This document shows, piece by piece, positions 1 to 10,253 of a DNA stretch of 64,000 bases. Each line of letters starts with the position of its first letter. The stretch's first letter is position 1. The notes under the pieces are model-generated. The model was not told the DNA's origin, searched no databases, and saw only the letters and a list, made by a program, of their open reading frames with translations. Origin of the DNA: Cetorhinus maximus (lineage: Eukaryota); assembly GCF_964194155.1 (NCBI RefSeq), contig NC_135884.1, positions 55,304,001 to 55,368,000 of the forward strand. Direction: 5' to 3'. The position numbers and the translations under genes are program-made.

Positions 1-272
1 TAAGCAAACATTGACACAGATTATAATTATACTACATTCCATTATGGGCTCAATTTATCAGAAAATTATAAAAAAAAACAAAAAATAGTATTTGCATGTC
101 TGACCATCAGGAACAATTTTTAGACCTGTCCTGATTATGCTATTTTGATATTTTCTTTCCTGTTGTGCTTGTATTTATTCTATCGGCGCTAACATTATCT
201 ATTTCAACATGCATTTCCATTCAGTGTTCATATACTTTCTTGTATGTTACAAAATTAAACATAAGTACATAC

Positions 273-395
273 CAGAATATTTTCCTCCTTTGTTTCTCTT
301 TATGAAACAAGCAATTAGTAAAATCAAGGTAAGGAGAGCAACAGCACACATCAGGCCAATAAACCATCCTTGTGTCGATATTCCTCCGCGAATTC
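273..395 (-). CDS. CHL1: CHL1 transmembrane exon (123 bp from the CAG acceptor; 132 bp if it starts at 404)
   Basis: Encodes (G)[40 protein letters not shown], the L1-family TM segment plus KGGKYS; donor TCT G|gtatgt at 272. The 5' boundary is uncertain (see findings). Confidence 0.93.
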
Positions 396-655
396 CTGCA
401 TAAGCCGTTTTAGGCCACATAATTAATCATTAAGAAAAGCAGCAATTAGTAAAATTAAGTCATCATTTTCACCATCAGAAAGAAAGGTACAGTATAAGAT
501 AAATGGTTACAACTTTATTCAATTTATATACCATACATCACTTTTACTCAAACACCTTATCTAAATATCAAGAATTATTATATTTTTTTAGATATTTAAA
601 CTTGCTTATTAGAAGCAGGTTATTCATTTTATAATATATGCAAGGTATGTCTCAC

Positions 656-666
656 CTGGTAATGAG
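656..666 (-). other. Candidate 11-nt frameshifting micro-exon
   Basis: tttttttcttgcag|CTCATTACCAG|gtgaga: near-consensus acceptor and donor 11 nt apart. Confidence 0.35.
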
Positions 667-1635
667 CTGCAAGAAAAAAATCTCATATGCTTTAGTTGTG
701 TGATGTTATACCACTGAACTAGGGTTTGTTCGAAAGAACACTTCTCATTGATGTCACTTGGCACAATGCATGCAAGAAAGAGCTGAGTCAAAAGGTGCTA
801 AAAAAAGCCTAGTACAATTTTGGGTTTCCTAAAAGCAGCACATAACTTGTCTATATTATAGAAAAATACCTAAGAAATATTGAAAACTTTTATATTATTC
901 TTAACTATTTTCTACTGTACTATATTATGAAATTATTTGATTCTATTCCAGGACACTGTCTTTGTATCAGTGGTTATGATGCCAATCAACTCTTGGATGT
1001 GTCCCTGCTTCATAAATTCCATTTTAGTTATCTATGTAGCTACAGATGAACTGAACAAAGCAAGCTGTCATAGTTATATCCTGAAAACACAATCATGAGT
1101 AATACTGTGTGGAATAACCATTTCTTCTGTATTAGATTAAAATTTAAGCAAATTGTTTTTGACATCTGCTGAACAAAAACATAAAATTATTCAGGGAATT
1201 GAGAATAGCTTTGAAATTCAAAGAGAACCTTAAATTACCAGTGTGTGCATGGATACTGATTCGATTGATTCATTCACTGTTATCTCATCATGTATGATTT
1301 TGGCTTGATATACCAGTCATGAGTGAATTATAAAGCATGGTAACAAGAGCCAGTTAAGCAATAGCAAAAGCATCAGTAGCCCATGCACAAACAATGCTGA
1401 TGAATTAAGAAAAAATAAGTTGAACCATCAGGATAGCAGCAAATCACTACTATACAAAGAACTCAAAAGAATTGAACATTATGTGCACATTGTCCCAATA
1501 TCATAATTTCTATAGATTATAATATCCGGATGTGTTTTTTTTAGACTTATTCTGAAACATTTTTTTTGTTTTGATAATATTAGGAAAATACTTTTCCATA
1601 TCAACAATACTTTTGAATACGGATAATGTTTCTTT

Positions 1636-1974
1636 CAGTGGCGGAGCATGGCTTGGCCACTTTGGTAGATAGTGGTTGTAGGGGGGAGGAGGTGAGCAGG
1701 GTGGGTTGTCGACCTTGAAATTTGGCCACATTGGAGGACAGGAATCCAAGCTGGTAACTGGGAAACATTCCCAAACCTAGGCTGAAAGCTGGGTCAGGAA
1801 CTGCACTGACTTGCTGGCCAAACCTGGTGGCTGAAAACAGGAGACAAAGACTCCCATGAGTGAAATGGAGGCATTACTCCAAAGGCATGGTAGCTGACCT
1901 CAAGATAATTTGGGGGGTGGAGGGCCAAGGTGGGAGACTGATGACCCACCCCCTCCCCACTGGCTCCGCCACTG
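1636..1974. mobile_element. hAT-type non-autonomous element (MITE), 339 bp
   Basis: Perfect 12-bp TIR cagtggcggagc...gctccgccactg; flanking 8-mers gtttcttt / gtttctcc (6/8 match) fit an 8-bp TSD. Confidence 0.8.
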
Positions 1975-2046
1975 GTTTCTCCAGTATTTTTACTTTAAAT
2001 GTATGAAAAATGTGTTCACTAGATTTTAAATCGGACCACGCCTCAC

Positions 2047-2208
2047 CTTTTCCCCTTGTTTCTATAACATCTTCAAAAATGCTAGTGTTATCAAACCAGT
2101 TCTTAGCCATAAGACGGATTGTATATTCAGTTCCAGGTTCTAGCCCTTCTAAGATGTGGAAATTTTGTGAAACATTTACTGCGTCTGAAATCTTCCATTT
2201 ACCTTTAC
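2047..2208 (-). CDS. CHL1: CHL1 exon, second half of FNIII domain 5 (162 bp)
   Basis: Acceptor aatttccatag|GT AAA, donor GGA AAA G|gtgagg; encodes KGKWKISDAVNVSQNFHILEGLEPGTEYTIRLMAKNWFDNTSIFEDVIETRGK (GLEPGTEY FNIII signature). Confidence 0.95.
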
Positions 2209-2588
2209 CTATGGAAATTGCATTAAGAAAATTAACTCCAACACATTGGTTGGGATTTTAATCCCACAACAACTCAAGCTTAATTAGGGTCAATTATAAA
2301 AGTTATGCCACATTTATCACTATACTTTTTATTCTTTAAAATGTCAATGGAAATAGATAATTGGAAACTACATAACAATACAAATTATACAATGACAATA
2401 TAATTTGGTATTTATAACAAAAGTTGCCTATAGCTGGTGCTAATTGGAGAATGAGTTATAAAGAAATAAACTGCATTGATCTGCTTCATTAATCATAGTT
2501 AGTGGGGCTAGTGGAATAGGTACGTTAACAGGCCCATTGGGGATTTCATTACAATTTCTGCAAGAATTAGAGAGCGAGAAGGGCTTAC

Positions 2589-2702
2589 GGTTATTCATGT
2601 ATGCAACATAAAATTCAGAAGCTGCATGTCCCATTCCTGGAATCCAGCTGATGTTTGCATATGTTGCACTTACAGAAGAACCGATGTTCAGCAAGACCGG
2701 AA
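2589..2702 (-). CDS. CHL1: CHL1 exon, first half of FNIII domain 5 (114 bp)
   Basis: Acceptor ttattcaatag|TT CCG, donor AAT AAC C|gtaagc; encodes PVLLNIGSSVSATYANISWIPGMGHAASEFYVAYMNN with the FNIII B-strand Trp and C-strand Tyr; phase 1-1. Confidence 0.9.
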
Positions 2703-3018
2703 CTATTGAATAAGTAACAAGACAAGCAATATCGCATTAATGCAGCATTGTTAGTTGCAGATATAGGAAAGTCAAAAGGAGGGTTAGATTACAATTTTGC
2801 CAACAGCAAGCACACAACAGGGTTTGTAATTAAAGATCAATTAAATAAATGCTGGGATGACTGTTGGCTACTGATTAAATTCTGGTCTGCAAATCAGCAA
2901 TAAGTGCACGCTTGTCATGGCATGTTTATTAATTTCAAACCCTGACATACTGCAGGATGGAACAAAGAAATAGAGATGAGTTGAAAACTATTAATGTTTC
3001 ATATTTGAAAATTAATTT

Positions 3019-3188
3019 TTAACTCAGTCCTACAAAGAGACTGATAAGAAGAATGAGAAATGAATGTTGGTAAATAGCTAATTGATATAAGATCTTATTC
3101 AAATATTTTATTTTAGAATGTTGAAGCTGTAGAGCAGCTAACTGTATCATGTTCCATTCTGTAGTAAGGCGGCAGAATACAGCAGGCT
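3019..3188 (-). CDS. CHL1: Candidate alternative terminal exon with hydrophobic C-terminus
   Basis: Branch-like ctgactaac, acceptor gtttccttttgcag|AG in phase 1, open to TAA at 3021-3019, AATAAA at 2930-2925. Speculative. Confidence 0.3.
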
Positions 3189-5547
3189 CTGCAAAAGGAA
3201 ACACCGTCACTTCAATCTAGTTAGTCAGTTAAGAAAAGATTTTGCTAAGCCCTAAGGATACAGATCGAGACAAACTGGAAAAGGTAATGAGATAGTAATT
3301 GAATAAGAAGCAGAGTCTGTACAGGCAAAATTGTAGAAACATACAATGTTTTTATCCATCAGTATTACAACACTGTTGCTGGAATAATATTCAATATTAC
3401 CAAGCTTCTCACTTAGGGTTTTGCAGAACTACTGTTAGATGCTGCACAGAACAAGAATTTCATGAGCACAAAGAAATGATTACTGATAGAAATGCAATTT
3501 AAACAGTAGTTTAGTCTAAGCAACATCTCCTCATAACAAAAAGACCAAGTGTGTTGTTTTCTGGTATCTCAGCCTTCAACACAATTCAAAATCATTTTAA
3601 AATGGCTCAATATTAAACTCAAGAGCAGAATGTTGATAAATGGCTCATTCTCTGTTTCAATAGCATACCTCATATATACTTATATTTCTAAGACAGAAAA
3701 TGTCACATGGGCTACAAGGAATCAGGTCAGGTTCCTCCCAAGGTGTGAAAGATCCCCAGCTCATCGGTTCTAGTGAAGTATGAATCAGTTACAGTGCTTT
3801 TACACACAATGGACTGCTAGAATCTATCATTACCTGGAGCAAAATTGTACTCATGGGCAAGCATCTTCAGTCCCTATTCTTTGAGAGTCAGGATGATTAT
3901 TTTACATTTTTCTGCCGATAAAAGAGTTTTGTTTTGACTGATGTAAAAACATTTCCAGAGACTGAAAGTACCATCATGGCCCATTGAATACAACCGCCTG
4001 TCAGATGGGAACAATCTACATGTAGCTTTGTGATAAATTACACAAAATAACTACATTTGAAAAGTGTCGAAAATGGCAAATTTTCAGTTTTGAATCAGGT
4101 ATTTTTTTAAAAAAAGAATGCCCATGCATATGCCATTTGATTGTGTATTTTGCATGTCCTAGTTTGCAAAGGCACACAGCATAATTGCAGGTAGTATTCC
4201 TTTGCTGTGCCCCTGATGTCAAACCTCAACTGTGGAAACAGATGTAGACACAGCAGGGAGAACTTTAAACATCTCAATATGTTAATTTGCTGTCTACAGG
4301 AAAAAAAAAAGCTTCACAACTTGAAACAGTTTCCTATAATACGCCACTTTGAATTCATGTTGCTGAAACGTAGGATATTATACAACTGACTATGAAATAC
4401 CTATAGAAGACAGAGTATCGTTGGCAACTAGGGTAAGGGGAGAATTTGGAATAGAGAAAGTGGAGGAGAATCCTGAAAAATAAAGCACAGAAATAGTCAC
4501 GTGAGAATTTACAGAACTGTCAAAGGGTACTGGGTACAAACACAAAGGAAACAATGGCATGACTTGAACATTATACTTTCCAACACTCTTCTGCTGTGTA
4601 AAACTACAAATAATCAGATAAAATAGGGTTAATTTTGTGATGCTGTTTTTAAAATGTTGAGAACAGAGCTAACTATTAATAGTTTGGGTTGGAGCTTTCT
4701 GGTGCCTACACATATGAAGATTGGGCTTAATTTTAACTTTGGTGTCCACATATTTTGTTCTCCAAGCTGTGACTTTGGGCCTTTACTACATCCAAGGCAT
4801 TTTATCACACTGTTTACTTCTCCCCATTTGTAACAAGTGTTTAGTACCAGGATTCCAAAGCGTTTCTTCCAGAAAAAAAAAATGCCATCTTCAGGTGTAT
4901 AAAGACCCCAAGTGAGAGTTTGCACCGTCAACGTCAAGCTCCAGTCATTCCATGTAAACTATTATATAAGCTATTAGATATTATATAAACACTGAACATT
5001 TTCTCACATGCTTGGATTTCAGTGCAAATGGGGAGATTTCAAAGCAAACAGGGAAAAAAAATGAAACATTTTTATCATAATGTACTGTCGTGATCTATTG
5101 GTTCTTTCTCTGTCACAGCACATTAGGAGTGAAAAACAACCTCACACATAGAAAAACACGTCTTTATCTATTTATAATACAATAACCACAGGATTGTTGG
5201 TTTACTCTGCTTAATATCCAAGGAAGGGCCACTGCTATGATTCAAGTGCAAACATTTTGTGGGATCAATTTGAAATATATATGTGATTCACAACTCTTTT
5301 TTGGACTCAGACAGTTACTTAAATTTATAATAAAAATAGAAAAAGCTGGAAATACTCAGCAGGTCAGGCAACATCTGTCGAGAGAGAAACAGAGGTAATG
5401 TTTCAGGTTGATGATCTTTCTTCAGAATTGGAAAAATTAGAGATATACCAGGTTTTACACAGGTAAAGGCTGAAAAAGAAGGGGGAAGAAAACAAAAGGG
5501 AAAGCTCTTGATAGGGTGAAAGGTCATCAACTTGAAATGTTAACACT

Positions 5548-7123
5548 GGCTGATGTGGTGTAAATGGTGGATGAACCCAGAAATCCTAAGTCCCGCCCCC
5601 GAACATGGCACTTCCTATTTTCTTGGGGACGGGATTGGAGTCAGGTTGGGGTTCTTGCAGGCATAGTTTATGGAGGCAGTTGGCCACTTAAATCACAAGT
5701 TGCTTCCGCTGAAGTAGGATTTTGGTAGGCCAGGGGTGTGAAACTCAGATTGTGCATATTAGACCAGGTAAGAGCTGGTCTGAACTTGATGGATTCATTT
5801 GGATAGCCAGGATATACCTTTTGAGAGGTAAGGTTCACCTTTTGGAGGGGCAAGGTATCCTTTGGGATAGGTAAGGCACCATTTTGGTTATTAAAAGGAA
5901 ACCATATTGTGTGTAAAATGTGAATAAACGAGTTGGAACTGTCGAAGTTGTCAAAGAACTGTTAAAAAAACTAAGGGCAGAATTTTCCTCATGTCGGGGG
6001 GAGGTTTAGGAGCGGGCGCATGAAGGCGCATCTCCGATCGGCGGCCCTGATTGGGGGCGCACCGCCATTTTACGTGGGCAGGCCAATTAAGGCCCACCCA
6101 GCGTGACGTCCGCGAGGAAGCACTGTGCGCTCCCTGTGCGGGCGGAGGGGTTTTCCTAAACTGAGAGTGAGCTCTTTCACGGATGCACACGAAAGAGTGC
6201 ACATCTCCCTGAGGCTAAGCGCTGCCTCAGGGAGATCGGCGCCAAATTTAAAAATGTTAACAATAGAAAAAAAAAAATTCCCATGACAGGTCCCCTCATA
6301 TGACACTGTCACATGAGTTGGGAGATGTCCATCACTTTCATTAACACTTTTATTAGAAATTTAAAAACCTACATGAAACCTTATCCCTTAAGGTTGGACG
6401 GGCAGGTCCATTAAGTACTTTACTTTGTCAATGGCGCCAATTGAGGCCATTGACAGGTCAGTGGGCGCACAGCTGATTCTGCTAAGCGCCCGCCCGCCTG
6501 AAAATTGAAATGAGGCGGGGTGACGTCGGGAGCATCCCGCGTCATTTTATGCGTCGGCGAGGGGGCCCCGTACCCCGCTCGCCAACCGGGAAGTCTTGGC
6601 CTAAAAGTTGTCAAAGAATTGTCGAACCTAAAGGACTGTCAAAGAACTGTCAATGTATACTAGGTGAGTTGGCATGGAGGGGTATGGGAAAAGGGTGGTG
6701 GGTAGGAGGCATATGTTGGAATGAGTTGGCACTAAGTTGGCATAGGAGCTATAAAGGGCCGTGGAATGTGGTTGTCATGGGGGTATGAGGGGCCTTGAGG
6801 TTGGGTGGGGAGCATGAGGTGACATAGTTTAACATGAATGGGACATGGGATGAAGACTGTAAGGCTGCTTTTGTTTCAATTTTTTAAATTTAATGCAACA
6901 AAGTGCCGAAGCACGGGGGGTGGGGGCTTCTGCCTAGCCTGTCTCTGCACCCGGCAGCCTCTGCACTCCTTCCAGGGGAGACAGGCCTGTCTTCTAATCC
7001 AGCACTCTCCTCCCCGCCAGGAACAAAATCAGAACTGCGGGCAGCCATTTTTAAAGGTCAGTTTTGTAGAGCCAGGGGTTATTCCGTATTTGTACACTCA
7101 ACCTGGGAGCAAAAATCTGGACC
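5548..7123. mobile_element. Non-autonomous DNA transposon, probably PIF/Harbinger
   Basis: 3-bp TSD act/act, host repeat rejoins exactly, right end aaaaatctggacc resembles Harbinger TIRs in this window; shares gagttggcatggagg repeats with 33085-34110. Confidence 0.65.
5975..6601 (+). mobile_element. Harbinger/Tourist-like MITE, family A copy 1
   Basis: taa|gggcagaattttcc ... gggaagtcttggcc|taa; TAA TSD; clearly homologous to 45692, 49319 and 59603. Confidence 0.9.
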
Positions 7124-9544
7124 ACTGTTCCTCTCTCCTCAGATGCTGCCTGACGTGCCAAATATTTCTGTTTTCTGTTTTTATTTCAGAGTTCCAGCAA
7201 CTGCAGTATTTTGCTTTTGTATTAGCTACTTAACTTTGCTTGGTCCTGGTCCTTGTTGGATAGTATTTTTCAGGCTGTCAGGTTAAAATCGGAATCATTC
7301 TGTAGCTTTGTAGAGAGCTGGTCAGGCCATGAAACTTCCACAGTGAGGAAATACATACAAGAATATCATGTACATTACAGGGATAGATTTCCTCTTCACC
7401 ACCCAACTGGTAATTTGAAATTGCTAGAATAAAGATCAGGTGGATTTTATAAAGGACAATGAAGACTGCAATCTACTCATGGTTTTGCAATGTCCTCACA
7501 TCTATTTAGGAAGATAATTAAGCTTAAAAACTATAGTCGATTCTACATAGCATAATGGCAACTGTTCACTGAATTTTCACTGTATGCTTAATTTCATCAA
7601 ACCCAAGTCACAGTCAGATGAAATATTGTTCTGCCACCTACTAAAATCGAGGAACATCATGTGAGCACATGCAATAGAACCAATGAGCTGAAACAAATAT
7701 ATTTAGATATCTAGACAAGAAATAATACTATATGAAAGTCAGGGAGTAAAGGTGAGAGTGAAATTTGATTGAGATGCTCATCCACAAAATATTTGATGTA
7801 AAAGAAAATGAAGAACAAAAAGATGGCGCAAACACTGATCAAATTTGTAATGACTACTTTATACTCAGCATCCTTTTGGCAGACTGTATCCTGCAGCAAA
7901 GTCTCTTGCAATCAATTATGATAATTTGTTCGAAAATAAGTGTTTTGTTTCCTTCATGCAAAACATTTCACTTTGCACTTGTGTCAGATGTAGCGATAAT
8001 TCCGAAGTAAGTGAAAATTCTTCCCTCAGTTTTTGAATTTTATTTTTTGCAGCAATGAACCAACTAACATTACCTTGGTGTGAAAATTACAAATAAGTCA
8101 ACTGTTTTCAGCAAAGCAATTTATCTTCTAGATTTTGCAAATAAAATAATGAGGTAAAGTGTATATGTTTAAAAACTCCTTCCAAGTTGAAAAAAATCTC
8201 TACATTTATTTGGCTCTAGGCCAAGCAACTAAATTAACAAAACTACCGTCATGTGCAAAACCTTGTGTCTGCTTGATAGCACTTGTTTTTTTCAGTGCAT
8301 TTCAACTGCTATCGGTGTAACTGGCATTAGAGATTGCAAATTTTAAGCGCAAATTGCATTCAGTGCAACTCGAGCTTCCATTATCTTCTGCGCTAGTTTG
8401 AAAAACATCGTGCTAGAAGCAGGTTGTGAATTAATCACCATCAAAAGTTCCTGTTAATTGTGCTCATTTGTAGGTCTTCTAGGAGGCTCCAAATACTAAG
8501 CTGGATCTTTTGGATCCAAAAACAGTAATAGGTATATTTTTAAAGGTTTTGAATGATTTTCTTTTTCCGTTTACTAATGGACTAACTATTGTGCTCCAAT
8601 CTAACTAAAAAAATAATTTTTTTATTTTCTAAAAGTAATTTTCAGCCATTTAAAATTGGATTACTCGCAGGCGATGGATTGACACTTTACATTAAAATGT
8701 GCACTTTTTGTGATAAACTCAATTCCAGCTGTATTAATCAAACTTCATCAAACTACAATTCTTAAATATAAAAAAATAACTTTAAAACACTTTTTTAATA
8801 AGATAATTTTTGAAATGCTTCCCAATTGCATTGGTTCAGACAGATTTTACATTAATCAACATAACAAGTAGGCTTGAGCAGAAACCTGGGGAAAGAAAGA
8901 TACTTTCAAAACTGGGATGACTTTGGGCGCAATTTGTGCCAGGATCATTAATTGTAGCCAAAGGAGAAACTTTATCCAATTCACTTTTTTCCAAAATCAA
9001 GTCAAAATCATACATGATTTAGTACTGGATCAAATTCAAGTATTGCAAAGAAAACTTTGCACATTAGCTCTGTAGCGCCTGTGTATAAATCGTTCTTACT
9101 TTATGGATGCTTATTTGGTTAGAAATAAAACAATAGGGAAAATCACCATTAATGCACAAGCCACTCCTCCAAAAAGCATTTAGTGGGCATAAAAAGAGTT
9201 ACGAGAACCCATCTTTACAACAGATTGAAAAGTGAACATGTTCATATTGAACTATTGTCAATGAGATTGCTGTAATAATATTTTTTTAAAATAACAATGT
9301 TAACTGGACTGGTTGCTCACCATTGACATCCCACTTTATTTGAGCCATGAATTGCTGGACCTTTTTACACATTAATAGTGGTGAGCAACATTAGCATGTT
9401 ATTCTAATGATCGAAAACAGTACAAGCAATCATTTGTTTTCACTTGTCGATTACTTAGTGTTACCTGAAGCAAATCACCTCTAATTTTAACGAATGTTAG
9501 TAGCTGCTAGTTATGCTATTTAAAATATATTTGTATTCCATCAC

Positions 9545-9574
9545 CTGTCTTCTTTGTGGGTAGGAGAAAATAAT
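9545..9574 (-). CDS. CHL1: Candidate 30-nt in-frame micro-exon (DYFLLPTKKT)
   Basis: Long polypyrimidine tract gtttttgttttcttttctttcaaaag|, phase 1-1, no stop, donor CAG|gtgatg; lies in TE-poor sequence between the FNIII-4 and FNIII-5 exons. No transcript evidence. Confidence 0.5.
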
Positions 9575-10253
9575 CTTTTGAAAGAAAAGAAAACAAAAAC
9601 ATATTAAAAAACACTCATTTTGCTAAAAATGGATGAATTTTCCTTTGAAACAATTGCTTTCAGAATCAGTAAGCGTTATGCTGTCACTGCTAAATTCTTT
9701 GGAACAACTGGAAATCTCCAATTGTGAAGTTTCCAACCAAGTTCAATCGAAGGATTAGTTCTTGGATTTTAGAGTTAGCCTTAAAAGTCTTAACTGCAAG
9801 GAAGAAATCCAGCATTTTCAAACCAACATTTTCAAACCATTTTGCTAACAGATACATTGCAAACAAAATGCAACTTATATCTAACTGTTACGGCTGAACA
9901 CACATCTTGTCCAAAGGTTTCAGCCAACTGGAAACTTGGCCAAATTATTTCAAACCTAACATTCTATTTAGGCTCACATTCATATTTTAATTACATAATG
10001 AGAGAATCCATGTTCTTCATATGTAATCCTTTTACCATGGAAAAACTATAAAAACATGCAACAAAAATTGCATGAGCACTGAATTCCAGTCATTTCAGAA
10101 TAGTTTGTGAAAAAACATAATCAATTTGTTAAGAAAAATCAACACTGGGAATTCAGGCAATGAACTTTGGATTTACCCTTCTTTGGACTATCAACAATAA
10201 TTTGAAGAGAACATTCAAAACATTTGTTAGGGTTTTTGAAAAGGAAAGCCTAA

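Larger units (their letters stand above)
5335..7222. mobile_element. Short Penelope-derived (pLTR) element in two inverted parts, split by a later insertion
   Basis: 5335-~5520 is the reverse complement of the repeat at 52541-52640 and 57372-57470. The plus-strand part breaks at ...gttaacact (5547) and resumes at actgttcctctctcctcagatgctgcc (7124). Confidence 0.7.

Noticed and set aside
3834-3911. 78-nt exon candidate with good donor CAG|gtaatg
   Set aside because: Stops in all three frames; at most a poison exon, with no further support.
4226-4295. Strong acceptor (t-run cctgtag) and an LPAVSTSVST-like linker peptide
   Set aside because: Phase-1 reading from the strong acceptor stops within seven codons, and I found no phase-compatible donor for the Ser/Thr peptide.
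8074-8101. 28-nt exon candidate with donor AAG|gtaatg
   Set aside because: Weak acceptor and not frame-preserving.
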